58,243 nucleotides of DNA, taken from a virus. Lineage: Duplodnaviria > Caudoviricetes. The stretch covers positions 1 to 58,243 of IMG/VR virus record IMGVR_UViG_3300020313_000002; one strand, given 5' to 3'. Shown here piece after piece: positions 17,286 through 28,700 of this stretch. Numbering within the stretch: the stretch's first letter is position 1; each line of letters begins with the position of its first letter. The position numbers were made by a program, and so were the translations under genes. The notes under the pieces are model-generated. The model did not search any database, was not told the origin of the DNA, and saw nothing but the letters and a program-made list of their open reading frames with translations.

Positions 17286-19847
17286 ATGCCATCTATAAGC
17301 AATTTTAAAGGCTTAGTTACCGATGTCGATAAGGCTGATGTCCCATCAGGCGGAGCTAGCAAGCAGACTAACCTAAGCACCGTGAAGCCGGGTGTGATGG
17401 TTCCGCGAAAAGGCATTCAACCAGTAACCTTCGATACTACGGATACTATATCTTCCTCTTCTTTTAATGTTTTTCAGAAGCTGTGTTTTTGCAAGACAAG
17501 ATTAGGGGAGATTATCGCAGTTAATGGGGTGGAGAGAGGTTTTAGATGGGATGGAGTTTCTGATACCGTCGATATCCTTGGGATTGACGCTCCTGCCGCT
17601 GGCCCAACGATAGCTACCGCTGTTACACAAACCGGAGGCTCGGACAATAATATTACAGCCATCGCAGCTGCCTCTGGAACAGGAACTTACAAGCTAACAT
17701 TAAGCAATGCCTCTCACGGGCTATCCAATGGAGATGTAATATTAGTTGGAAATGTAGTTGGGACAGGTGCTTTGCCTGCTGCGCTCAACGGAAAGAAATT
17801 TACTCTTGAAAATGTTTCTGGCGCTAACGTAGAGCTTGTGGATACCACTCATAGTGGCACATATACATCCGGTGGAACTTGGACGGTAGATGGCGAGGGC
17901 GCCACTAAAAGCGATAAGGACATGGACGGGGGCTATTCCCTCGCCTATCGCTATAAAGATGGATCTTCTACTCCTGTTTATAGCTCCCTTAGCCCTGCAA
18001 CGGTTGTTTCGGCCAATACAAACGATAAGTTTTCTTGGTCAGATATTGCCTATACAAGCAATGCTCGTGTTACAACGATTGAACTTTTCAGGACTACCGC
18101 TGCTGTTACCAATGTCTTTTATAAAGTTGGCGAGATAGCTAATAATGCATCTGGCAGCACTACAACATTTGCTGATGACAAGCTGGGCGACGAGGCTTTG
18201 CTAGACAAAACCGGGGATGATGTAACTCTTATACATGCCAAGCCTCCCCAAGATCTTACACTGATTGGAAGAAGGCAGGTTCCGCCCCCAACAGATATGG
18301 CTTACGTTGTAATGTTTCAGGATAGATATTTCTATTTTGGAGTAGTTAATTACAGTTCTGGAACTGTAACTACAACTAACGGAAGCAAAACTATTACAGG
18401 AGATGGTACTAGCTGGACTTCCGATATGGTTGATAGATACATAGAGGTGGATGGCCAGAAGACATCGGTAAAAATAACAGATGTTGATAATTCAAGTCAG
18501 ATAAAAGTTGAAACCGCACCAACAGTATCTGCTAGCAGTAAGACTTATGTTATATATCCTGAGAAAAGCAGGCGTAGACAGATACTATACAGCTATATAG
18601 ATGAGCCTGAGAGTGTTCCTGAGACTAACTCAATTACGCTACAGGAGAATGCTGGGGATGATGACGATATTGTCGGTGCTATGCCTTATGGCCCATTCCT
18701 GTATATCCTTGGCCAGCGACATAAATACGCTTTGAGCTATAGCAGGAATCCAGCACTGGATGGAAGTGTTCGATTCTTGGACGACAGGGGTGCTTTTAAC
18801 CAGTATTGCTGGGATTACTTTGAGAATGAAGCATTCTTAATGGATGATAGTGGTTGCTATTTATTTGATGGCAAGGAATCCAAGACTATATCAGCCCCTA
18901 TTCAGGATATATTCCGAAGAGAGGGCTCTGGAGATAAAATAGATTACACAAAGTCCAGAAATTTCTTTGTTAAAGTAGACCGGCCTCAAGAGAAGGTTTA
19001 CTTTTTTGTCTCGTATAAGGGAGATACTGGCGATTACCCAACAAGATCTCTTGTTTATAACATCAGAAGACAGACATGGGATCCAATGCACTACCCGCTT
19101 CAGGTAAGCGGTGCATCAAGCATCGAAAAAGATGGGGAATCACGCATGATCCTAGGTGGAGAGAATGAAAAAGTCCTGCTGCTTGACGAGGGAAATACCG
19201 ATATTATCACATCGGAAGCAACAGGTACTGTTACGGGGGCTACTGGTACTACTCTTACTGATTCCGGTGCCTCGTTTACCTCTGCTATGGTGGGCACTTC
19301 CGTTTATATTACCGATGGCACTGGTAAAGGCCAAAGAAGAACTATTACGGCACAATCTTCTACGCAGTTGACAGTTGCAGCATGGGATACAAATCCAGAT
19401 ACAACCAGCACATATACTGTTGGTGCCATTGAATGGAATTGGAGGACAACTTCCTTTGGAATGTCAGCAACAGGCGACAGGGAAGACCGCCAAGTAGAAA
19501 TAAAATTCAATCCAACGTCTTCGGCAAAGTCTATGGACTTGCGATTCTACTACAACAATGATACCAGCCCGATGACCCACGAGACATCATTTGGGTTTGG
19601 CGATGCTGTTGAGATTAAGGATACAAATAAAGAAGATGTTGTCATTCATATGGAACAAGATCGCTCTGGCGCTGTTGGCTCCTCTACTGGTATTGAAAGG
19701 TATCCATTTGATGGCTTATATACCCACCATTCGACCAATGACCACCAAGTCGCGATAGAGTTGCGAGGTACAGCAGGGGCTCAGGCTCCTGAAATACAGA
19801 GAGTTGATGTGCAGGGTGTTGATCCACCGCAGGGAGGAACTGGGTAG
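17286..19847 (+). CDS. Probable tail nozzle (tail tubular protein B / P22 gp10-like)
   Basis: 853-aa beta-rich protein; N-terminal FKGL...N.....G....RKG, ILYSYIDEPES, IS.PIQ and LVYN....W. Confidence 0.7.
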   Translation: MPSISNFKGLVTDVDKADVPSGGASKQTNLSTVKPGVMVPRKGIQPVTFDTTDTISSSSFNVFQKLCFCKTRLGEIIAVNGVERGFRWDGVSDTVDILGIDAPAAGPTIATAVTQTGGSDNNITAIAAASGTGTYKLTLSNASHGLSNGDVILVGNVVGTGALPAALNGKKFTLENVSGANVELVDTTHSGTYTSGGTWTVDGEGATKSDKDMDGGYSLAYRYKDGSSTPVYSSLSPATVVSANTNDKFSWSDIAYTSNARVTTIELFRTTAAVTNVFYKVGEIANNASGSTTTFADDKLGDEALLDKTGDDVTLIHAKPPQDLTLIGRRQVPPPTDMAYVVMFQDRYFYFGVVNYSSGTVTTTNGSKTITGDGTSWTSDMVDRYIEVDGQKTSVKITDVDNSSQIKVETAPTVSASSKTYVIYPEKSRRRQILYSYIDEPESVPETNSITLQENAGDDDDIVGAMPYGPFLYILGQRHKYALSYSRNPALDGSVRFLDDRGAFNQYCWDYFENEAFLMDDSGCYLFDGKESKTISAPIQDIFRREGSGDKIDYTKSRNFFVKVDRPQEKVYFFVSYKGDTGDYPTRSLVYNIRRQTWDPMHYPLQVSGASSIEKDGESRMILGGENEKVLLLDEGNTDIITSEATGTVTGATGTTLTDSGASFTSAMVGTSVYITDGTGKGQRRTITAQSSTQLTVAAWDTNPDTTSTYTVGAIEWNWRTTSFGMSATGDREDRQVEIKFNPTSSAKSMDLRFYYNNDTSPMTHETSFGFGDAVEIKDTNKEDVVIHMEQDRSGAVGSSTGIERYPFDGLYTHHSTNDHQVAIELRGTAGAQAPEIQRVDVQGVDPPQGGTG

Positions 19848-19849
19848 AA

Positions 19850-20842
19850 ATGTACAGTTCCCACGCAAGGGCATTTGACCGATTGATAGACGCTGGTATG
19901 ACCCCCGATCAGGTTCATATTCTAAAAACAATATTATGCAATCCCGATGCCGAATTAGAGCACGATGGAACCGTTACTGTTCGTGGTGAATTTAGCGGTG
20001 CAGATATACGCGCTGCTAGATGGGCAAAATGCTCTTATAACTGGGATTACTATTACGATATTCCAAGCAAAGACGGCAAGCCCGGATTTGTTTTGGCTAG
20101 AGAATGCTCTGATTCCGCAGGAAGAGACATAACCGGGAGCCAAATTAAAATATTTTTACCAACCGGGAGAGGCCAAGACCCCAACCTAGAAGCTGGCGAT
20201 GTTGTTATGTTTTTTAAGATGTCTGATGGAACATATATTGCAGCTGGATATGGTGATTCTAGGATTGGAAGTGTTGTCATGGGAACTCAGGCAGATTCGA
20301 GTGCTAGGGGTTGGGGCATTATGGATGGCACAAATAACTCTGCAACCATAGGTGGCTCTGGTCTTAATTTCGCAGGCAAGTTTCCCAGATGCTGGACATC
20401 TTCTTCGGATAGTGGATCTACGGGTGGTGCAGCATCTCAGTCAATTACTGTTGCTGTAGCAAATCATAATATTTCAGATATTGCCACTGGTATTGGTGCT
20501 CACAGTGGTAGTGATGTTGCCGGAACTCTTTCTGACCACCCCGCAAGTGGGCTTAGCCATAAGCACGAGGTATCAGACACAACTATAGGCACAGGATCTA
20601 TGACTGGCGTTGGTGTTTTAACTGGAGATAGTGTTGGCGGTACGTTTTACACAAAGCTGGCTAATGCAGGTGGAAGCGATTTAGAGCACTCTGGTTCAGG
20701 TAGTTTAAGCCATAGTGGTAGTGGTACAATATCCCATACCGTAACAGTCAATAGTGGGAACCCCGTAGACACAGTACCTCCGTTTGGATATGTGTCATTC
20801 ATGGAACGAATAAATAATTCTAGAACTAAAGTAGGTGATTGA
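19850..20842 (+). CDS. Short tail fibre / collar-type protein
   Basis: IGSVVM...GW.IMDGTN....NF.GKFPR...GSTGG and H.H repeats ending PPF..V.F..RI. Confidence 0.7.
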   Translation: MYSSHARAFDRLIDAGMTPDQVHILKTILCNPDAELEHDGTVTVRGEFSGADIRAARWAKCSYNWDYYYDIPSKDGKPGFVLARECSDSAGRDITGSQIKIFLPTGRGQDPNLEAGDVVMFFKMSDGTYIAAGYGDSRIGSVVMGTQADSSARGWGIMDGTNNSATIGGSGLNFAGKFPRCWTSSSDSGSTGGAASQSITVAVANHNISDIATGIGAHSGSDVAGTLSDHPASGLSHKHEVSDTTIGTGSMTGVGVLTGDSVGGTFYTKLANAGGSDLEHSGSGSLSHSGSGTISHTVTVNSGNPVDTVPPFGYVSFMERINNSRTKVGD

Positions 20843-20843
20843 T

Positions 20844-21878
20844 ATGGCTCGTGCTTATCCTCCAAAATACGGCGAATACACTAAATGGTCTGATGCAAGA
20901 TGGAGAGCTGCTTGGGATAGAATATGGGCTAAAAAAGGAATGGCAAAGGCTCGGCAGAGAAATGCTGCATTAAGAAACAATCCATTTCAGCAGGCCGTGA
21001 ATGCTGGTATGCACCCAGCTCTTCTTCCTCAAATGAATCCTCAAGTGCAGGCAGCTTTAATTAATGCTCAGGGAAACCGGGATGTTGCCCGTTTAAATGC
21101 TATGGGACGAGGAGCTTTCCAAGCACCTCAACAGCAGCGACAGCCATTTGGGTATAACTGGTTTCAAAATCCTTGGGCAGTAATGGCAGATGTCAATGCA
21201 GGGATCTACGGTGCTCTAGACAGACAAGCGCGCCTTCAGGATCAAAATGCTTCCAGAATTTGGCAAACTAAGGTCTTGAATGCACAGGCTGAGATGGAGC
21301 TGAAAAAGATGCAGATGTTCAAGGATATATTCGGTCAAAAACTTGGTGCCGGAGTCGAGATGTCCAAGAATTTCTCTGATGCATTAGCCAAGGGATTGCC
21401 GGGATTGAATTGGGTTAATCTCGCAGGGGGACAAGGTGTTAGACATAAAGGTGATACAGCCATCCTTTCGCAGGATGTTCCGCGAGTAGAGGTTGCTAAG
21501 CGGTCTAACGCTCGTCGGCGTGGAGGGACAACCGGATCGCTTGGAGTTCCCGGTGGATCAGCTGCTGGCAGGGCCGAATTAGAAGCAGCTGGCAGCTCAG
21601 CTAGAGGTAGTGGAGGGTCAGCATATGCTGCCGCCACTGGAGATGCATTTGATGATTCAGCAACAGGCTTGAAAACAGGTCGAGCTGCGACTGTTGCTAA
21701 GGATATTCTGCAACAGTTGGGAACTTCCACGAAAGCAAAAGGTGATAAGACTAGAAATCAGATTGCGGGTCTTAGGGCTGATGCTACGATTGAAGGTGCC
21801 CAGAGGAGAGCACAGCTGGACAGGATTGGTGCTAATATGAATATGTTGACAAATATGATGGGCAACCTTTGGGGTTAG
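20844..21878 (+). CDS. Putative internal virion (ejection) protein
   Basis: Ala/Gly/Gln-rich helical protein after the tail genes. Confidence 0.55.
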   Translation: MARAYPPKYGEYTKWSDARWRAAWDRIWAKKGMAKARQRNAALRNNPFQQAVNAGMHPALLPQMNPQVQAALINAQGNRDVARLNAMGRGAFQAPQQQRQPFGYNWFQNPWAVMADVNAGIYGALDRQARLQDQNASRIWQTKVLNAQAEMELKKMQMFKDIFGQKLGAGVEMSKNFSDALAKGLPGLNWVNLAGGQGVRHKGDTAILSQDVPRVEVAKRSNARRRGGTTGSLGVPGGSAAGRAELEAAGSSARGSGGSAYAAATGDAFDDSATGLKTGRAATVAKDILQQLGTSTKAKGDKTRNQIAGLRADATIEGAQRRAQLDRIGANMNMLTNMMGNLWG

Positions 21879-21883
21879 GTATA

Positions 21884-22681
21884 ATGGCGAAGAAGAAAAA
21901 GGTAAAAGAGCGTAATAGCGTATCGTCAGGTACATATAGACCTAAAAACCAGCGCTATGGCAGTCAATATGGTGCAAGCAGTAGCCAGAACTATGGCAGC
22001 TCAAATCCATACGGCAACTCAAATATATATGGCAGCTCAAATCCATATGGCAGTTCAAGTTCTGTTTCTGGATATAGCAGTGCTCTCGATCAGCACCTTT
22101 CTAAATTTCCATCCAATCGAACGCCCTATTGGGGCAGCACTGATGCGAATCAGCCATCCAATCAAAATCCCTCTTGGGGCAGGGTTACTGCGAACCAGTC
22201 ATCCAATCAAACGCCCTACAGTGGCGGACTTGTTAATACGGGGGACGGTGGTGGGTCATTTGATCCCAACAGCCCAACGCCGGGTTACTCTTCCCCTACT
22301 GGAAATTATCCAGAACCGGGATGGCCAGAACCCGGAGGTGCAGAGACTCCCACATATCCCACCCCATCCCCAACAATTCCAGATATATTCTTTCCTAGTC
22401 CTAGTGGCGATATGCCTCCATTTGAGCTTCCTCCGGTCTTGATAGAGAACTTATCTCTTACTCCTCCGGGTTCAGGATTTAATTTTTCTATGCCTGATTT
22501 GGAAGCGCCGGAAATTTCTAGAATAGATATTCCAAATGCCGGGCCTCTCGGTTTTTATAGTGTGAATGAGGGTGCTGCTGGGTGGAGTGGTCGTGGTGGT
22601 AATGTTGACGACTTAGATAGGTTTGTTGCGGGGAAAGTCGGTGGCCCAGAGCCGGTTCGATTTCGTGCAGCATTTGGTTAA
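21884..22681 (+). CDS. Ser/Gly/Pro-rich low-complexity protein
   Basis: YGSSNP-type repeats at about 21955-22060. Confidence 0.65.
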   Translation: MAKKKKVKERNSVSSGTYRPKNQRYGSQYGASSSQNYGSSNPYGNSNIYGSSNPYGSSSSVSGYSSALDQHLSKFPSNRTPYWGSTDANQPSNQNPSWGRVTANQSSNQTPYSGGLVNTGDGGGSFDPNSPTPGYSSPTGNYPEPGWPEPGGAETPTYPTPSPTIPDIFFPSPSGDMPPFELPPVLIENLSLTPPGSGFNFSMPDLEAPEISRIDIPNAGPLGFYSVNEGAAGWSGRGGNVDDLDRFVAGKVGGPEPVRFRAAFG

Positions 22682-22682
22682 A

Positions 22683-22703
22683 GTTGGAAAATTTTTCCAA
22701 AAG
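22683..22703. promoter_or_regulatory. Palindromic site 3 of 5
   Basis: GTTGGAAAATTTTTCCAAAAG in a 37-bp intergenic gap. Confidence 0.72.
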
Positions 22704-22718
22704 TTAGGATTCTAATAG

Positions 22719-24974
22719 ATGGCTAGTTACTTTGATAATAACCGAAGAAACAAACTTGCAGGTCAGTTAAATAAAGATGCGACTTCCGGTCGATCTCCGG
22801 TTGGAATGCCTCGTCAGAAGAGCAGAGGCCGCAGCCCTTCTGGTTTATCTAGTGCATTTGCATCTCCATTTGGTGGCACTCGCCAGCAGAGGCGGCAGAT
22901 CGGTGGTGGGATGCGGCAAACTAAGCCACTAGGTCAGGGAGTTCAACGCCAGCAGCAGCCTCAGCAGCCTCAAGCCCCTGCTATGGGGAATATTCTTGGA
23001 AAGAAGGGTATTTTTGATCAGCCTCAACAACAAGACCAAGTAGGTATGGCGGGTCTTGATGAGCGTCTTGGTGGATTATCTGGTGCTGCACGGACAGGTG
23101 CTCGCCTTGGTGGTGGCCCAGCGGTAGATAGTGGTCTTTCCGGTGGTGGAATGGCTAACCTCTCTCGTGCTTATGGAACTGTTGAAGAGTGGGGGCGGAG
23201 ATTACAAGAGAATCTTGACCAGATGATAGGCCGTGGTGGACTTGGACAGCAACCAGTTGGCCAAGGTGGTGGTCAGGGTCAAGGCGGAGGCCAAGGTGGT
23301 GGTGGCCAAGGTGGAGGTCAAGGCGGTGGCCAAGGCGGTGGAGGCGGAGATCAAGGTGGCCCAGTCGGAGACGGGGGTGGTGGGGGCGGTGGCCCTGTTG
23401 ACCCGGATCTTCCTGATGATACAGGTGGAGATCCCGGTGGAGATCCAACAGATCCCGGTGGAGAAGGTGGACAAGCTGGTACTTGGGGAGACTATGGATG
23501 GGGAACTGAAGAAACTGCGGGTATTGGATCTAGACCAGACTGGACATCAGCTGGTGGCACATGGCTAGGATTAGAGGAAGAGCTTCCTGAGTGGTGGAGT
23601 GCAATGCCAGAGCAGTACACCGCAACCGCAGGAGGCCACTTTGGTAGAGTTTCTGGAGATAACTTCTGGGGAGGGCCTACCGGAGAAAAAGTCAGGGAGC
23701 TGAGCTTTGGTGAAGGGCATTTAGGAGATCTGTCTGGCACTAACCGTATGCGCAATAGGGCTCTTTGGCACGAAGTGAGTGAGGATACTCCACTCCTTGG
23801 AAAATGGTGGTCGGAAGCGAGAGGGCAGGCGCAGAAAGCCATAGATATATTCAATTCCGCCTCTGGTCTTGCGGCTCTTAAAAGCATGGAGCAGTTTGGG
23901 TTAGATAGTGACGCAATGGCCATGATAACCGGCCTTACTATTGACGATATGGGTCATGCATGGACTCAAACCTTTATAGATAAAATCAATGACAGCATAG
24001 AAAGGACTAATAGTGGCGGCGGTAGGCGTATAGGAGGTCGCGTTGAAGATCCTACAGGGATGATAACTCAGTTCTCTTTTGCATTGCCTGAGCCTATCAC
24101 TCTTAAGTGGCGGGAATTTGATCCTAGTCATCCAGAGATCAAGAAAGTTCATAACTTTATTCATAACCCCTATGTTCCTGACCATTATTATGAAGTTGGC
24201 AATGAAAGGGTTTGGATCATTACCGATGAGAGACATGCTAATGTGACTAATCATGCGGGAGGAAGAGTTGTTGCCGACCCTAGAACCAATCCAGATAACT
24301 GGATAGAGCGTGATAGAACTATGTCTTATATACAGATTCCTAAGACTGGTGACTCTCATCTTATGTACTTCACGAAGCCTACTGTTACTGAGCAGGAGTT
24401 TAGAGACTTCGAGGCTTGGTGGAGTGGCATAGCTGTTGAAGATCCGGGCCGTGATGCTGGTGGCGAAATCGGTGGCGAAATCGGTGGCGGTGAAGGCGGA
24501 GGAGTAGGTGATGTAGGTGGTGGTATAGGTGGCGTTGGAGACGGCGACATAGGTGGCGGCATAGGTGGCGTTGGAGACGGCGGCATAGGTGGCGTTGGAG
24601 ACGGCGGTATAGGTGGTGGTATAGGTGGTGGTATAGGTGGTGGTATAGGTGGCGGTGGAATTGGTGGAGGCCAACAACCAGTTGGAGGCCAACAACCAGT
24701 TGGAGGCCAACAACCAGTTGGGGGGCAGCAACCGATAGGTGGTGGTGTTGGCGGATCAGCTAATATTGCTAGTGGCTTAGTTGGTAGCCAAGGACGTGGT
24801 GCCAGAGGTGGATATGCAGCTCCAACTGGGAGTCAACTTGCAGGCCAGCTAGGTGCAGGCCAGAATGTTGGAAGATTTGGATCCCCTCAGCAACAGCAGT
24901 CACAGATTCAAGCCAGAAACAATGCTAATATCTCAATCGGCAATTATTTATCTAATCTTTACAATATGGTGTAG
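22719..24974 (+). CDS. Gly-rich putative virion/ejection protein
   Basis: 751 aa; GGGQ and GGGI tracts flank a globular core. Confidence 0.7.
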   Translation: MASYFDNNRRNKLAGQLNKDATSGRSPVGMPRQKSRGRSPSGLSSAFASPFGGTRQQRRQIGGGMRQTKPLGQGVQRQQQPQQPQAPAMGNILGKKGIFDQPQQQDQVGMAGLDERLGGLSGAARTGARLGGGPAVDSGLSGGGMANLSRAYGTVEEWGRRLQENLDQMIGRGGLGQQPVGQGGGQGQGGGQGGGGQGGGQGGGQGGGGGDQGGPVGDGGGGGGGPVDPDLPDDTGGDPGGDPTDPGGEGGQAGTWGDYGWGTEETAGIGSRPDWTSAGGTWLGLEEELPEWWSAMPEQYTATAGGHFGRVSGDNFWGGPTGEKVRELSFGEGHLGDLSGTNRMRNRALWHEVSEDTPLLGKWWSEARGQAQKAIDIFNSASGLAALKSMEQFGLDSDAMAMITGLTIDDMGHAWTQTFIDKINDSIERTNSGGGRRIGGRVEDPTGMITQFSFALPEPITLKWREFDPSHPEIKKVHNFIHNPYVPDHYYEVGNERVWIITDERHANVTNHAGGRVVADPRTNPDNWIERDRTMSYIQIPKTGDSHLMYFTKPTVTEQEFRDFEAWWSGIAVEDPGRDAGGEIGGEIGGGEGGGVGDVGGGIGGVGDGDIGGGIGGVGDGGIGGVGDGGIGGGIGGGIGGGIGGGGIGGGQQPVGGQQPVGGQQPVGGQQPIGGGVGGSANIASGLVGSQGRGARGGYAAPTGSQLAGQLGAGQNVGRFGSPQQQQSQIQARNNANISIGNYLSNLYNMV
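24460..24745 (+). repeat. In-frame tandem repeats (GGIGGVGD, GGGI, GGQQPV)
   Basis: 12-, 18- and 24-bp units such as GGAGGCCAACAACCAGTT x3. Confidence 0.85.
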
Positions 24975-24976
24975 AA

Positions 24977-25732
24977 ATGGCTGGTATTATTAGTCAAGAA
25001 CATGCAGACAGGCTGAATCGAGGGGATACAAGTAGGTATTCCAGATCTACTTCCAGTGGAAACAACACTTCGGGAAGCTCATCCAGCAACACACTGTCTG
25101 GTGCATTTGGTAGTGATCAAGGGCATCAAGTGCGTCGTGAAGATCAATGGGGTGCAGTCCCCGATGATGCTATAAAAGTCAGGACATCTATCACAAGAAA
25201 AGACTTCAACAACCCATTTCTTGGTACTAGCCAGAGAAAGAACATGGGTGCTCGTGCTTCCCAACAGTGGGAGGATTTCAATCCGATATCCGCAAAGGAA
25301 GCTGGGCAGAAATCAGGTCTGAGTTTTGATGTTGGATCTGCATTGAGAAGTACTGCACCAGCGCAGGCTCAGGCGATTACTAGCATTGATGACATAATGG
25401 CTGGCTCATACGAAGAGGGCATCCTTAAGAGCAAGATGCATGAGCTTAAGATGGCTGGTATGCAGTCGGAAGAGGCCGTCTCTCTAGTTACCGAACTAAT
25501 GAAGCAAGGTCAGCTAGGACACGAAGTTGCTAATGCAATAAAACAGCTTGAAGCCGGGCTTATTGCCGCTGATATTACTGGAAGGGCCAACCTTACCAAC
25601 CAGCTTCTAGGTGGAATGGGTAATATATTTGGTGGCATGTTTCAATCAATAAATCCGTTTAGCGGCATGGGGGGTCTTGGATCCTTCGGATCTCTTGGCA
25701 GCTTAGGAAGTCTTCAATCAGCTTTTGGGTAG
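24977..25732 (+). CDS. Putative internal virion protein
   Basis: 251 aa with a Gly-rich amphipathic C-terminus. Confidence 0.55.
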   Translation: MAGIISQEHADRLNRGDTSRYSRSTSSGNNTSGSSSSNTLSGAFGSDQGHQVRREDQWGAVPDDAIKVRTSITRKDFNNPFLGTSQRKNMGARASQQWEDFNPISAKEAGQKSGLSFDVGSALRSTAPAQAQAITSIDDIMAGSYEEGILKSKMHELKMAGMQSEEAVSLVTELMKQGQLGHEVANAIKQLEAGLIAADITGRANLTNQLLGGMGNIFGGMFQSINPFSGMGGLGSFGSLGSLGSLQSAFG

Positions 25733-25738
25733 TATTAA

Positions 25739-28700
25739 ATGGCTGACATGAGAAGAAAAGCAGAAGATCTAATACGGAATATTCTGGGGGAACAGAATAG
25801 GAGGGATTTTCTCAAAAAGACAGGGGCGTTTATAGCCTCTAGATCCTCGGCAAAATCTATAAAACCATCTGAGACTTGGGATGACCTGAAAGAAAAGAGC
25901 ATCTCAGAGTATCTTTCATTTCAAGAGAGATCTTCCGACCTATACTTAAAACAAATAGGCCAGTTTTTGTCAGACCACCCAAATCTTTCAGGGGGTCTGA
26001 GGTTCAAAAAAATTCAGGATGTTGCCAACTCCATAGAGGATCCACACCTTAGGAATTTAGTAATAGGCACTATTCATAATGCCGTCTTCACCCCCCCTGA
26101 CCCACATGACTTTTCCATTGGTGAGTGGTTTGAGCATGAGGTGACTCAGCGCGAAGAGATGACCGACCATCAAAAGGAGCTTCACGACAGATATCACGCG
26201 ATATATGCTTTCAACGATAAGTACCGTGTATTTGATGGTGCAGATGTTGAAAGTCCAATTGCGATTGATTTGCGGGATCAATTCCCATTTGCTGATGGTA
26301 CTTGGAGTGATATTCAGGATGAAGTTCTTGATTCAATAACTAGAAGATCTACCAAGTTCGATCCAGATGCTAATATATTTTATTACGAGATCATAGATGC
26401 AGACAACACAACGAACTACAGAGGTTCAAATAGACATCCTCACGCTATCGAACCAAACAAAGCGGTAACAACGTGGTTTGACCAAGATTATTCTCTTCGT
26501 AATTTACACGCAAAAGCTAATGAACGGATACGTGAAGAGCTCATTTCAAGGAGCCCAAAAACGGGGGAAGGCTACCGACGCTATGCTCACATTGACATAG
26601 ACGAAGCCAATGGCTTTCTTAATGATGTAATGAGAATGGGTGTTGATGACGCATTATTAAATGTTCACAATGCATTCATGAACGATCGTATGCTTCCGGA
26701 TTTTACGCCGGATGAACGCGGATTATCTCACGAGGATCGAATTGCAAAAAGCATAGATTACCTGAAAGATATTTTTGCAAGTCCTAGCCAGCTCGAGGCA
26801 GTGTATTCCGCTGGTGGGGCAGAAGCTGTATCGAAAATCATTACAGATGTTCATAAAGAGGATATCATCAATGCAGTCAATAAGGATCTTCCAGATAGTA
26901 TCCTCCCCGATACAAAAAAGAAGATAAGAGAAGGGTTTAAGGCCCAAGAGGAAGTAATTAGAATTACTCAGCCAGATCTTTACAGCCACCTTCGCGCCCA
27001 CGGGAAGAGAATTATAGATGAAGAACTGGCTAACAGAAGCGGCTACACCGATCCAGTAGAAGCAGACATACAGGCCGGAGACTTCTCTAGAAGAGTTCAG
27101 CAGGATCCATTTACTGGTGAGCACCTAGTTAGAGCACTTGCTTCACCCAGCGCTGGTGGCTTTGAGCAGGGGCCTGAATTGCCGAGAAGCCCTGAAAACC
27201 CACCAGATGTTATAAGGGATATCATTGCATCTGATGTAGAGAGAGCTAAAGGTATTGGCACCCCTCCCCAAGACCCTGTCCCTGTAACTCGCAGTTATGC
27301 ACAATATGCAATCACGGATAAAGTCCGAGATTTCAGTGGAATGCATGACACATGGCGCAAGAGTCAATCATACTTTAGGGCAGACCATGAGCTAAATAGG
27401 GCTAACCTATCGTTTGATCACAAGCAGAAGATAAGTCCCCATGCGATGAATAATGTCGGAGCTTTGGGTGACAAGATAAATATACCTCGTGCAGTTGCTG
27501 ACCCTTCGTATCTTCACGCACTGGTTGTAAACGGTGTTGTTGGCATATCGGATGCCAGAGAGCTTCTTAATTTAAATATCGAAGAAACCAGAATAAAAGA
27601 TCTAGGGGCTCCAGAACTAGAAAGATTCCTGATGGAGATGGGTCACCCTGTGATTCGATATCCCGATCAGATGATGCCAAGCGAAGCACCTCCGGTTCGC
27701 ATTGGCATTGCTGGTGCAAGTACTGGATATATGGCGGGTGAGGGCACGACACCACTGCAAGCGTCCATGCATGTGAAGAATATGCTTAACGCCGCCTATC
27801 TTGAAGCACTCGCTAAAGGTGTTCCCTTCATAGTTAGAACTGGAGACACAAGGGGCGGTGTTGAACAGCACGCAAGGGACTGGACTATCGAAGTTCTTAC
27901 TAGGAGGCTAGGGAGAAAGCCGACCAAGAAGGAGTTGGATGCTCGACTTGAGGTGATTGGCGGTACATACCCAACATCAAGACACAATCAAATACTGTCC
28001 GGCTTAGATAACAAGACCGATACAATGGTTCTTCTGACGGCATCGGACGATCCATCAAATAAGCTGGAGAGCAGCATAAGGCTTAATGGCTACGAAGGCC
28101 GTATATATAACATGGATACAGGGCGGTTGACTGCCATACCGCGAACTGGGGTGAGACGGCCTTCTGAGCTTGGGACTCCGATTCACAGCCCTCAAGTTTC
28201 ACACCAATACGATTTTTCTGAGTTTATAGGTGGAACCCCTCCGGGTGAACCAATAGATTCTCCTGAAATTGAACAACCTCTGTCCAAGATAGAACAGCTA
28301 TATGGCCAGATGCAGGGGATTGCTCCTGAGCAGATTGAGCCGGGATATATAGGTAATCTTGTTGGTGGAGATGATGGGACTGACTCGGAAGATATTATTA
28401 GATCCCGTTCTTTTGATACGGGAATGCACCATATAGCTGTAACTACTCCAGATCATGTTGCAGGTATTGATGAATTACAGCTTGAGATTAGCCAGAGGGC
28501 GCAAGAAAGCGGCCTATCCGAAGATCAGATAATTGATCAAATGCTATCCGAGACTGCTGTTCCTGCACCGGAAAGGGATCCAGATCCAGAATATATTGAG
28601 GGCATTGCAGAGCAGAAACAGCGGGACATACTTGACACCGAAAGCATTAAGAAGCAATCTCAAGATCTCCAGCAAATATTAAAGAACTTCAGTGATTACG

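Noticed and set aside
23901-24731. Long antisense ORFs opposite Gly-rich and repeat genes (also 36964-37476 and similar)
   Set aside because: Shadow frames produced by repetitive or biased codons, with no RBS or independent motifs
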